The notes under the pieces are model-generated. The model made no database searches. It saw nothing but the letters and a program-made list of their open reading frames with translations, and was not told where the DNA came from. This document shows positions 10,176-19,157 of a stretch of DNA of 64,000 nt, piece by piece. Made by a program: the position numbers and the translations under genes. The stretch's first letter is position 1. Each line of letters starts with the position of its first letter. Source of the DNA: Pseudomonadota bacterium (GTDB lineage: Bacteria; Pseudomonadota; Gammaproteobacteria; Steroidobacterales; Steroidobacteraceae). Location: positions 2,737 to 66,736 of the forward strand of contig CANGFV010000001.1 of NCBI GenBank assembly GCA_947453225.1, read 5' to 3'.

Positions 10176-11321
10176 ATGGAAACACTTTTTTGGATACTGG
10201 CTGGATTGATATTCTATGTGTACGCAGGATATCCCGTCTTATTGTGGTTAATGAGAGTCTTAGGTTCAGATAAGTCTGTGTTACTAGGGGCGCTAGAGCC
10301 GACAGTGACGATCCTCATTTCCGCTTACAACGAAGTTGGGGTGATTACAGAGAAAATTAATAATAGCCTCGCCTTAGATTATCCCTCCAAAAAATTAGAG
10401 ATTATCGTTATTTCTGACTGTTCTGATGATGGAACCGATGAGGCCGTTGGGGCGCTGGGGCTGCCTAATGTGAAGTTATTGAGAATGTCAGATCGAAGTG
10501 GGAAAACAATGGGTCTTAATGCGGCATTAAAAGTAGCTATGGGCGAAATTGTTGTATTTTCCGATGCCAATGCCATGTATGAACCTCAATCCTTGCGTCA
10601 TATGGTTCGAAATTTTCACGACCGCACTGTTGGGGCTGTGGTGGGGGAGTCGACCTATGCTGATGATAAGGGTAATGCGCAGGAAAACGAATCACTGTAC
10701 TGGAAATATGAGACTAAAGTTAAGTTGCTCGAAACTGGTGTTGGTTCAGTGGTTGGAGGTGATGGCGCGATCTATGCGATTCGTAAAAACCTGTATCGGC
10801 CAATGCGTGCTGATGCATTATCCGACTTCGTGAATCCTATTCAAATTGTCATGAACGGCTACCGATGTGTATATGAACCCGCAGCTAGATCCATTGAAGA
10901 AGCGACAGATAATCTGGAAAAAGAGTTCCGACGTAAGGTCAGAATAGTGAACCGTGCATGGCGTGCCTTGTGGTCAATACCATCAGTTCTGAATCCATTT
11001 GCATACGGTTTTTTTGCAATCGAAGTGATATCCCATAAATTACTCAGATGGATGGTTCCTGGGATATTGATAGCCTTGTTATTGATTAGTTTACAGCTCA
11101 GTGCCGCAGGGGTGATGTATGGTGTGGCCTTGAGCGCACAGGCGGTACTTTACAGTTGTGCGGCTGGGGGATATTTGATGCGAAAAAGTAACTCCATGCC
11201 AAGAGTTTTTGCTGTTCCATACTATTTTTGCCTTGTAAACTACGCCAGTGCTTTCGGTATTATCGAAGCATTTTGCGGTAAAACGTATACAACATGGAAT
11301 ACACCAAGAACGATCTGCTGA
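10176..11321 (+). CDS. Membrane-anchored GT2 glycosyltransferase (synthase-like topology)
   Basis: N-terminal TM helix; GT-A core (TILISAYNE, SDCSDDGTD, FSDANAM); C-terminal hydrophobic helices after a KLLRW motif. Confidence 0.85.
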   Translation: METLFWILAGLIFYVYAGYPVLLWLMRVLGSDKSVLLGALEPTVTILISAYNEVGVITEKINNSLALDYPSKKLEIIVISDCSDDGTDEAVGALGLPNVKLLRMSDRSGKTMGLNAALKVAMGEIVVFSDANAMYEPQSLRHMVRNFHDRTVGAVVGESTYADDKGNAQENESLYWKYETKVKLLETGVGSVVGGDGAIYAIRKNLYRPMRADALSDFVNPIQIVMNGYRCVYEPAARSIEEATDNLEKEFRRKVRIVNRAWRALWSIPSVLNPFAYGFFAIEVISHKLLRWMVPGILIALLLISLQLSAAGVMYGVALSAQAVLYSCAAGGYLMRKSNSMPRVFAVPYYFCLVNYASAFGIIEAFCGKTYTTWNTPRTIC

Positions 11322-11354
11322 GTTGTGATGAATCAGATCAATGAGTAAGATTAA

Positions 11355-11606
11355 ATGACGACTTTAGAGCAAGTAAGAAATATCTTGCGTGATGCATTAA
11401 GTTTGGGAATAAGGGCGGATGTGCTTGATGCAGCCTCTCCATTGCTGGGCGCTATTCCGGAATTCGACTCGATGGCTGTAGTGGCCGTCCTCACAATGCT
11501 GGAAGATCAGTTCGGCTTTACAGTAGAAGATGATGAGGTTTCGGCTGATGTCTTTCAAACGATGGGTGCACTAGTGGAGTTTGTTGATAGGAAGTTGGGT
11601 GCGTGA
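11355..11606 (+). CDS. Acyl carrier protein
   Basis: 83 aa, acidic, with phosphopantetheine-site motif FDSMAVV. A 4-nt overlap links it to the downstream hydrolase gene. Confidence 0.8.
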   Translation: MTTLEQVRNILRDALSLGIRADVLDAASPLLGAIPEFDSMAVVAVLTMLEDQFGFTVEDDEVSADVFQTMGALVEFVDRKLGA

Positions 11607-12418
11607 AGCGTGCACAAGTATCTGCTGAGTTTATTGGAGAGGCTGGTCAGCGTATTTTTGTATTAGCGCATCATCCTGAGCAATTTTCGGGAAGGTGCGT
11701 GCTTGTTTGTCCTCCATTTTCGGAAGAAATGAACAAGTCTCGTAGAATGCTAACTGAGTTGGCCCAGCATCTGGTTCAAGGAAATATTGGGCTAGTCATA
11801 CCTGATTTATATGGGACCGGTGATAGTGAGGGAGACTACGTAGATGCTAGCGTGACTCGCTGGACGGATGACCTGGCTCAGACAGAAAAATGGGTAGAAA
11901 GCCGGGGATGGCGAATTGAATCAATTCTAGGTATTCGGTTCGGATGTTTACTGGCAACAAATTATGCCGCCAAATTTACTAAACCCAAGGCGAGTTTGGT
12001 GTTCTGGCAACCTGTACTTGATGGTCGAAAGGCGCTCGATCAGTTCTTACGCTTAAGAGTAGCCGCCTCTTTGATGGCTGACATAAAAGAAACCGTGAGT
12101 GGCTTGAAAGATCGGATTGCTACTGATAAGACCTTAGAGATTGCAGGTTATTCAATTTCAGAGCAAATGGCCAAAGAAATGGAAGTTTTAAAATTAGACG
12201 ATGGCATAAACAAAACAACGGAAAAATTACATTGGTTTGAGGTGTTGCGTGATGCTGATGCGGTTATGCCGCTGCCAGTAGAAAAGACGATTGAGAAAAT
12301 TGCAAATGTAAATTTACAGGCTGTGGTAGGTGATCAGTTCTGGGTCTCAACTGAAATTACTGTTAATCGTGAGTTGATCAATAAAACAACAATCTTATTG
12401 AGTGATGTTGGGCCATGA
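11603..12418 (+). CDS. Alpha/beta-hydrolase-fold protein, resembling exosortase-A-system-associated hydrolase 2
   Basis: Alpha/beta-fold pattern (VLVCPPFSEEMNKSRR ... ILGIRFGCLLA). It sits between the ACP and hydrolase 1 genes and overlaps both. Confidence 0.7.
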   Translation: MKRAQVSAEFIGEAGQRIFVLAHHPEQFSGRCVLVCPPFSEEMNKSRRMLTELAQHLVQGNIGLVIPDLYGTGDSEGDYVDASVTRWTDDLAQTEKWVESRGWRIESILGIRFGCLLATNYAAKFTKPKASLVFWQPVLDGRKALDQFLRLRVAASLMADIKETVSGLKDRIATDKTLEIAGYSISEQMAKEMEVLKLDDGINKTTEKLHWFEVLRDADAVMPLPVEKTIEKIANVNLQAVVGDQFWVSTEITVNRELINKTTILLSDVGP

Positions 12419-13263
12419 ATGAGTCAGTGGTCAATTTTGATTGTCATAGTGATCGGCTAATCGGAATTTTGCATCAACCGCTTGGGGCTCAAAATAAAAT
12501 AGGTGTCGTTATTGTTGTTGGAGGCCCGCAGTATCGAGTAGGTAGTCATCGACAATTCACTATCATGGCTCGTGCCTTCGCTGCGGCGGGGTACCCAACT
12601 TTACGTTTTGATTATAGGGGGATGGGCGATAGTGAAGGTGAGTTTAAAGGGTTTGAATATATTGACGATGATATTAAATCCGCTATAGACGCCTTGGTTA
12701 GGGAAAGTCCAAAAATTGATGGTGTCGTGCTTTGGGGATTATGTGATGCTGCTTCGGCCTGCTTAATTTATGCTAATCAAAAAGATGAGCGAGTGAAGGG
12801 AATGATCTTGGCAAACCCGTGGGTCAGAACTGCTTCTGGGGAGGCCAAGGCTTATATAAAGCATTATTATCTTCAAAGGGTTTTGCAGAGGTCGTTCTGG
12901 ATCAAATTATTTTCCGGGTCATTTAAATTTAAAAAATCAATTTTTAAGTTGTTATTTCTTGCTAAGAATTCTCGTGTTCATAGCTGTGGCTATTCTCTAA
13001 TAAAAAATTCTTATATAGATAGGATGCTTGCTGGCTTTGAATCAAGTGATTTGATGTTTTTATTTTTAATTTCAGATAATGATCTGACGGCTAAAGAATT
13101 TATTGAGCATACAAGAAATTGTGTTTCTTGGAAAAACACTATTTCTATTTCAAAAAAAAGTTCTCATGTTTTGATGGAAAAGTCAGACCATACTTTTTCA
13201 AGTCGAGATTCTTTAAATTCTATGGTTGCGCGCTGTATTGAATGGATTGGCTGTCTGCATTAA
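12415..13263 (+). CDS. Alpha/beta-hydrolase-fold protein, resembling exosortase-A-system-associated hydrolase 1
   Basis: VVIVVGGPQYRVGSHRQF, nucleophile elbow VVLWGLCDAASA, and late SDNDL and SDHTF motifs. The 3' third of the gene is conspicuously AT-rich. Confidence 0.75.
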   Translation: MNESVVNFDCHSDRLIGILHQPLGAQNKIGVVIVVGGPQYRVGSHRQFTIMARAFAAAGYPTLRFDYRGMGDSEGEFKGFEYIDDDIKSAIDALVRESPKIDGVVLWGLCDAASACLIYANQKDERVKGMILANPWVRTASGEAKAYIKHYYLQRVLQRSFWIKLFSGSFKFKKSIFKLLFLAKNSRVHSCGYSLIKNSYIDRMLAGFESSDLMFLFLISDNDLTAKEFIEHTRNCVSWKNTISISKKSSHVLMEKSDHTFSSRDSLNSMVARCIEWIGCLH

Positions 13264-13296
13264 AGGCAATCTTCTGTATTATAAGTTTATAAAAGA

Positions 13297-14349
13297 ATGA
13301 TTAAATACGTGAAAAATATCGAAGAAGTTAGGGATTATTTAGTAAGTTGCGAGCGCGACTTTTTTAATAGCTATGAATGGTATTCTAATTTCGTTGCAAA
13401 CGTAATTGCTGTTGATAAAGATCAGTATCGGTTTATTTGTTGTTTCCATGATGATAAGGATTGGTTCTCTATAGTCCCTGTTAGGCTAAAAAAAGAAAAA
13501 TTTGGATTTAGTGTTACCAGTTTAACTAATTACTATTCGCCAAAATATAAAATTCTTACTAATGGCTTGGCGCCGGATCGATTGGATCTGGTTTTGGAAT
13601 GCTTAGATGGGCTTGCTCCAAGCTGGGGTAAATTCACAATTGATTCACTAGATGAGGCAGACTGTTCTGAGTTAAAAAAGTCTGTTAATTTCTTTAAATA
13701 CCCATCAAGCAGGCTGTTTCATTTTGCCAATTGGTATCTCCCAGTGTTGGGGCGAACTTACGATGAGTATTTTTCTGAATTGTCACCCCGTGTTAAAAAT
13801 ACAGTTACAAGAAAATATAGAGCTTTCGAAAAGCTAGAGAATGCTGAAATTAAGATTTTTAAAGCTTTAGATAAGGTTGAAGCTGCAATAAATGATTTCC
13901 AAGCGGTATACAAAAACAGCTGGAAGCGCCCGGAGCCGTATCCAGAGTTTATTCCCGGATTAATTAAATTAGCTGCTGAGCAGCAAGCCTTAAGGTTAGG
14001 GATTATATATTTAAGGGGTGTTCCTATTGCCGCCCAGTTATGGTTTGTTGCTGATCAGACAGCATATATTTTTAAACTGGCTTACGATGAAGAATACAAA
14101 AAATACTCTGCAGGCACTATTTTGACTGCATCATTGATGAGACATGTTATTGATATAGATAAGGTAGAAGTGGTTGACTTTTTGTCTGGTGACGATGAGT
14201 ACAAAAAAGAGTGGATGTCATGTCGACGTGAACGCTTCTCGATTTGCTTTTATAACTTTTGGTCAATTTATGGGGCGTATATGGCAACGCTTGCTTTTTT
14301 AAGATTTTTTCTAAGCGCTTCAGGGTATATACGTAGGCTATGCAGATAG
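13297..14349 (+). CDS. FemAB-like / GNAT-fold acyltransferase (BioF2-like acetyltransferase domain type)
   Basis: About 350 aa. C-terminal block YIFKLAYDEEYKKYSAGTILTASLMRHVIDIDKVEVVDFLSGDDEYKKEW is typical of the CelD/FemAB-like family found in PEP-CTERM EPS loci. Confidence 0.7.
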   Translation: MIKYVKNIEEVRDYLVSCERDFFNSYEWYSNFVANVIAVDKDQYRFICCFHDDKDWFSIVPVRLKKEKFGFSVTSLTNYYSPKYKILTNGLAPDRLDLVLECLDGLAPSWGKFTIDSLDEADCSELKKSVNFFKYPSSRLFHFANWYLPVLGRTYDEYFSELSPRVKNTVTRKYRAFEKLENAEIKIFKALDKVEAAINDFQAVYKNSWKRPEPYPEFIPGLIKLAAEQQALRLGIIYLRGVPIAAQLWFVADQTAYIFKLAYDEEYKKYSAGTILTASLMRHVIDIDKVEVVDFLSGDDEYKKEWMSCRRERFSICFYNFWSIYGAYMATLAFLRFFLSASGYIRRLCR

Positions 14350-14477
14350 CTAATCATTTCTACTGTATTCATGTCGAAAATATGATTGATATCACATAAT
14401 GAAAATGGAAAGTTGATTCGCTTAGATATATTGTGTAAAAGGAAGCGGTAAAATCTCATTAGATACAGAGGTTTAAA

Positions 14478-15737
14478 ATGAATCGTCGTGAAGTTCTGGC
14501 TGGATCTTTACTATCCATGCTAGTGAGGCCGTCAGGTTTTGCAAGTGCCGCTGTGCCTTGTCCTCCGACTTCCCTCTCCCTTGATAAGGGGGACGTTGCT
14601 TATGCTACTACTTCATGCTTTTCTGGAGTTCCTCCGCTCTGGTATCAAAATATGCCAGACGCTACTTGGTCTAGCATAGCGTCTGTAGGAACTATAGATT
14701 CAGTAAAACCAGCTTTGCATCCCGGTGGCGTATATGAATCAAATGGTCCTATTATTGCTTGGGGTGGCGCAGCTTTTGATACTAAACGATCTGCCTTGAT
14801 GATTGGTTCTCAAGGTGGGCATGGGGATTATTATGGCAATGAAATGTATTCATTGTTAATTAACCAGAGTCAGCCTGTATGGCAGCGTATAACAGCGCCT
14901 AGATATGCATTTAATTCAACTGAGCCTTATATGGATGATATGTCCCCTCGTGCGGTACATAGCGGATCACAAATAGTATATGCAGAGAATGTAGACAAAT
15001 ATGTGTTAGCTATGATGCCTTTCATGGCGCCAAATGGAAATTCATCTAGAAAATTATTTGCATTTGACTGTAATACAAAAACTTGGGGAGAGATGCAATC
15101 TCCTCCATCAGGGGATTCTGGCTATGCGACAGGGTCACAAGACGCTTATGGTGGGAGTTGTTATGATCCTGTGACGCGTTCTATTTGGATGGTTCAGTCA
15201 TCCTCGTGGAGATCAACTTGTAGATTTGATCCTTCTACTGGTTTATATACTGTATTTGATATTTTCAATAACCAGGGTTTTGATGGGGTTGCAGCCTTGT
15301 CACCATCAAAAAGAATAATGATTTATTTAAACGGGCATGTACATGGGCATGATGGTAGTTTCGTTTGGCTAGATCTGAATAAACCAGAGGCAGGCTGGCA
15401 AACCGCAGCATCAATTTCTGGGTCTCCACTAAGTGGTAGAGGATCATCTCTTGTTTGGCATGAAGGTTCTTCTGCCTTTGTTGGATGGAGAGGCTCTGGG
15501 GCTGGGCTTGTCAAGTTGGTTCCTCCTAGTAACCTTTATTCAGGCGACTGGAGGTGGGTGGATATTAGTCCCGGTAGTTCAAATAAGATAAGTCCGACGA
15601 AAGCAAATAATACTGGCACCTATGGTCGTTTTGCGCTTGCAACAAATATTTCAAACTCAGGTCGTGACTGCCTTATCTTAATCAATGCATCAACAGAGCC
15701 AACGTTTGTGTTTAAATTGCCGGTTGGCGGGTTATAA
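14478..15737 (+). CDS. Secreted protein of unknown function with a Tat-type signal; possibly beta-propeller/Kelch-like
   Basis: MNRREVLAGSLLSMLVRPSGFASA (RR-x-hydrophobic motif, then an h-region and AxA). A good RBS (agaggt) lies upstream. Recurring Gly/Trp-rich strand-like segments are present. Confidence 0.6.
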   Translation: MNRREVLAGSLLSMLVRPSGFASAAVPCPPTSLSLDKGDVAYATTSCFSGVPPLWYQNMPDATWSSIASVGTIDSVKPALHPGGVYESNGPIIAWGGAAFDTKRSALMIGSQGGHGDYYGNEMYSLLINQSQPVWQRITAPRYAFNSTEPYMDDMSPRAVHSGSQIVYAENVDKYVLAMMPFMAPNGNSSRKLFAFDCNTKTWGEMQSPPSGDSGYATGSQDAYGGSCYDPVTRSIWMVQSSSWRSTCRFDPSTGLYTVFDIFNNQGFDGVAALSPSKRIMIYLNGHVHGHDGSFVWLDLNKPEAGWQTAASISGSPLSGRGSSLVWHEGSSAFVGWRGSGAGLVKLVPPSNLYSGDWRWVDISPGSSNKISPTKANNTGTYGRFALATNISNSGRDCLILINASTEPTFVFKLPVGGL

Positions 15738-15811
15738 AAAATAGCTCGACAACTTCGGCATCGTTTTGCTGATACGGATTGACCTAAATTAATTGTGGAA
15801 ATTAAAAGATT

Positions 15812-16597
15812 ATGAATTTCATTACCTCCACAATAAAAAATTATTTATTCTGTGATTCTTTTTTTTTTAAAAAAGATAAAATCAAGTCAATAAAAATAAT
15901 CGTTTTAGTTTTTTTATTTTCCGTGCAGCCAGTGCATGGGTATGATTTTGTTCCTTCTGAATCGGAATGGCTTAGTTGGCCAGACTATTGCAAGGCTAGG
16001 TACGTCACTCTCCCCATTGGTGAAAGCTCTGAGTGGGCTCGTGAGGTTAGTCAGGAAAGAATTGCTTTAGCGCGTAAAAGTATTGGTGACGTATTCACAC
16101 ATGTGCATCACTATTGTGCAGGAGCAGCTTGGGTTAATAGAGCAAACATATCATTTGATGATGCCGAAAAAAAAGAGTTTTATCGAAAGGCAATCGATGA
16201 AATATCATACGTTCTAGAGAGGGTTGATAATAGTCAGCCAATAGTTAGCTCTATGATGATAAGGATTGCACAGGCTTATGAGGGATCTGGTGATTCATTA
16301 AATGCTGAAAGATTTTATTGGAATTCGGTTAAATTCTTTGCAGAGGATGGGTCAACCTACGCTTCTCTTGCGCTTTTTTTAAGAAAGAATAAAAGACTTT
16401 TAGAGGCGAGTCAGGTATTAACTGAGGGAGATGCTATTACTGAAGGAAATAGTGTGGATATCAACATAATGATGGCGCATGTTTTACTAGAATTAGGGCA
16501 AGGAAGAGACGCAGTAGCCTATGCGAAAAAAGCCTATACAATGGGTTATCCTCTCCCAAACTTAAAAGAAAAGTTAATAGAACTGAGCTTGTGGTAA
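15812..16597 (+). CDS. Hypothetical exported or membrane-anchored protein with TPR-like helical repeats
   Basis: Hydrophobic segment IKIIVLVFLFSVQPVHG. The C-terminal half has helical repeat character (AQAYEGSGDSLNAERFYWNSV..., AHVLLELGQGRDAVAYAKKAY). The start codon is uncertain. Confidence 0.45.
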   Translation: MNFITSTIKNYLFCDSFFFKKDKIKSIKIIVLVFLFSVQPVHGYDFVPSESEWLSWPDYCKARYVTLPIGESSEWAREVSQERIALARKSIGDVFTHVHHYCAGAAWVNRANISFDDAEKKEFYRKAIDEISYVLERVDNSQPIVSSMMIRIAQAYEGSGDSLNAERFYWNSVKFFAEDGSTYASLALFLRKNKRLLEASQVLTEGDAITEGNSVDINIMMAHVLLELGQGRDAVAYAKKAYTMGYPLPNLKEKLIELSLW

Positions 16598-16609
16598 AAA
16601 ATCTTTGGC

Positions 16610-17881
16610 ATGTATAAATCTACTCTTTCTGATCCTATGAAAAAAAGAGTGCTATTTGTTGCATTCCATTTTCCTCCAATACAGGGTAGCACTGGAGTAA
16701 TTAGAACCCTGTCCTTTGTTAATAATCTTAGTGAGAGCGGGCAGGATTGTGCTGTAATGACTGTGTTGCCTTCTGTGTATGAGGCAAAAAACAAATTAAA
16801 CTACACTCTATTAAATAAAAAAATTAAAATATTCAGAAGTGTTTGTTTCGACGCAAAAAAAACATTTTCTATATTCGGCAAGTATCCGCTTTTTCTAAGT
16901 ATTCCGGACCGATGGCAGTCATGGATTCCTTTTGCAATTCTAGATTATCTGGTTAGAGTTCGTAGATGGAAGCCTGACGTAATAATTTCTACATATCCAA
17001 TTGCAAGCGCACACTGGATAGCATACTTCATACACAGAATTACTGGTATTCCATGGGTTGTTGATCTAAGAGATCCCATGGCGCAGGATGGCTACCCTTC
17101 AGAAAAAAAAATTCATAGCGCATTTTTAAAATTAGAGGAAAAAATATTTACCTTTGCCAGTAAGGTTATATGCACAACGCCTGGTTCGAGGCTTCTCTAC
17201 CGAAATAGATACCCATTATTTCCAGAAAGCAACCTAGTTACCATCACTAATGGATATGAAGAGGAGGTTTTTCCTGAGTTAGTTTCAAAGCAGCATAAAA
17301 AAGCTAATGTTGTTAAGATTTTGCATAGCGGTTCTTTGCAGATTGAAGAGCGTAATCCACAAACATTCTTCCAGGCTTTATCTGAGTTAATTGCCGATAA
17401 TCTGCTTAAATCCAGAGTCGAAGTAACATTCAGGGCTGCGGGTGACTATGCTTTATATGAAAAGCTAGTTGTCGATTTTAATTTGGAAGATATGGTTTTT
17501 TTTAAACCGGCAATTTCTTACAAAGAAGCAACTGAGGAAATGCTTGATGCGGATATTCTTCTTTTGTTACAAGGTGGCTCCTGTAAATTCCAGATTCCAG
17601 CGAAGGTGTATGAGTATTTTTATGCACGTAAACCAATATTGGCTCTAACGGATCTCTCTAGTGATGCAGGTAATTTGTTAAGAGAAATGGATTTTTCTTG
17701 TGTGGCTAATATTGAGGATAAAAAAGAAATTAAATTAAATATTATTCAATGCGTAAATGAGCTAGAGTATGAAAAGTCAAAGTTGCCTTCCGCTGATAGG
17801 ATTAGTCTGTACTCTAGACGTAACTTAACTGCCCAGCTTTCTTATCAGCTTGATGATCTTATTAAAGATAAATATCAATAG
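16610..17881 (+). CDS. GT-B-fold (GT4-like) glycosyltransferase
   Basis: KKRVLFVAFHFPPIQGSTGVIRTLSF N-terminal domain, and a C-terminal PAKVYEYFYARKPILALT block. The alternative start at 16637 (MKKRVLF) is equally plausible. AT-rich composition. Confidence 0.7.
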   Translation: MYKSTLSDPMKKRVLFVAFHFPPIQGSTGVIRTLSFVNNLSESGQDCAVMTVLPSVYEAKNKLNYTLLNKKIKIFRSVCFDAKKTFSIFGKYPLFLSIPDRWQSWIPFAILDYLVRVRRWKPDVIISTYPIASAHWIAYFIHRITGIPWVVDLRDPMAQDGYPSEKKIHSAFLKLEEKIFTFASKVICTTPGSRLLYRNRYPLFPESNLVTITNGYEEEVFPELVSKQHKKANVVKILHSGSLQIEERNPQTFFQALSELIADNLLKSRVEVTFRAAGDYALYEKLVVDFNLEDMVFFKPAISYKEATEEMLDADILLLLQGGSCKFQIPAKVYEYFYARKPILALTDLSSDAGNLLREMDFSCVANIEDKKEIKLNIIQCVNELEYEKSKLPSADRISLYSRRNLTAQLSYQLDDLIKDKYQ

Positions 17882-17984
17882 CTGTTGACAAAATAAATTT
17901 AATTAAATTCGGTTATTGCAATATACCACTGCTCTATCTCTGATTTTTCTGGCATTTCAGATAAGTGTTAGAAGCCATAATTTC

Positions 17985-19157
17985 TTAGCCATCTACAACT
18001 TCTTTAGAGCCATTCCAAGGGTAATTAGAGGGCAAAGTTGTGTTTGGATATGGAATCGCATGACCACCAGGAAAGGTAATTGGATTATCCGAGCAAATAA
18101 TCTCGCTGTAACAGGCAAATGTGTCAACGCTCGGCCATGCGCCTTCCCATGCATTTTCGGTACGAGGTAATAGCTGAATTCCTGTGTAACCGTTGTTGCC
18201 AAGACGAGCATCAGTAGTTCCACCCCAGAGTAAAGGTGCTTGACCATATGGCGCAGACCACACTTTTATCATGCCTGTCCCGTTATATGTTCTGTTAACG
18301 TAAACTTCGTATACAGTCCACCCGTTAGATTCTATTCTTGGGTAATAGTTACTGGAAGGAGTCCATCCATACTGAACTTTTCCGAATCTATTAGCTAGCT
18401 CAGTGCTATTTGCTGGTCTGCTGGTGTTTGCGGGGTCTGCGTTATAAAAAACATGATGAGTATAATTGCTTAGGAAAAGGCCGGACTCATTAGTCCATCC
18501 TGCCGAGCACTTGGATGTTCCTGACGCAGAGGCAGAACTCCATCGGTATAACCCAGGATATGGACCGATGTTATCTCTAAAGAGTACAACCTCGTTTACG
18601 CCAAGGTCGGCAGCATTTCCATAACTTTGGTTTGGCATTGCAATAATGCAAATCTTAGAGCCATTAGCATAAGACCAATTGGCCCAAGTGGAATCTGCGT
18701 ACAACGCGAACTGAAAGTAAAATGAGTCTTTTTTTGTATTCTGAGTTTTAGTGCCAACGCCATCGAAAGAGAAATTCCATGATCCCCCGGCTTCATTCGC
18801 GCCCTCGGCTGAAAACAGATTGGAACGAAGGGATTTTCCACTTAGTTTCACTGATTCTTCAAGTTCGACTTTGTATCTTCCGGAGTTACCATATTTATCG
18901 TTAGCATATGCAGTCTGGTATGCTGCGTTTATTAAAGCATCTCTATTGGAAAATTCAGAAAAATCAGTAGCATAAAAAACGCCACTGCCCGTGGATCTTG
19001 CTTGCCAGTCCGCCCGTGATGGTATTAGGGAGCAGTTCGACGATGCTGTTGATCCGCCAATTACGGAAACCGATGCGGGAGGGCAGGGGGCTCCTCTAGC
19101 TCCCTCAGTTCCAAGAATCGTAGCTGTGCTTGCCAATAAAAACTTTCTGCGATTCAT
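17985..19157 (-). CDS. Secreted protein of unknown function with a Tat-type signal; possibly a jelly-roll (lectin/lyase-like) fold
   Basis: MNRRKFLLASTATILGTEGARGA signal followed by PCPPASVS. Rich in Trp, Tyr, Asn and Gly, with beta-strand character (WTVYEVYVNRTYNGTGMIKVW). Confidence 0.6.
   Translation of the reverse strand: MNRRKFLLASTATILGTEGARGAPCPPASVSVIGGSTASSNCSLIPSRADWQARSTGSGVFYATDFSEFSNRDALINAAYQTAYANDKYGNSGRYKVELEESVKLSGKSLRSNLFSAEGANEAGGSWNFSFDGVGTKTQNTKKDSFYFQFALYADSTWANWSYANGSKICIIAMPNQSYGNAADLGVNEVVLFRDNIGPYPGLYRWSSASASGTSKCSAGWTNESGLFLSNYTHHVFYNADPANTSRPANSTELANRFGKVQYGWTPSSNYYPRIESNGWTVYEVYVNRTYNGTGMIKVWSAPYGQAPLLWGGTTDARLGNNGYTGIQLLPRTENAWEGAWPSVDTFACYSEIICSDNPITFPGGHAIPYPNTTLPSNYPWNGSKEVVDG

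Noticed and set aside
12415-13263. Whether the AT-rich, odd-looking C-terminal third of hydrolase 1 reflects a frameshift or pseudogene.
   Set aside because: The frame stays open to a normal length (~280 aa). The tail still carries plausible catalytic Asp (SDNDL) and His (SDHTF) contexts, so it is more likely intact but mosaic.
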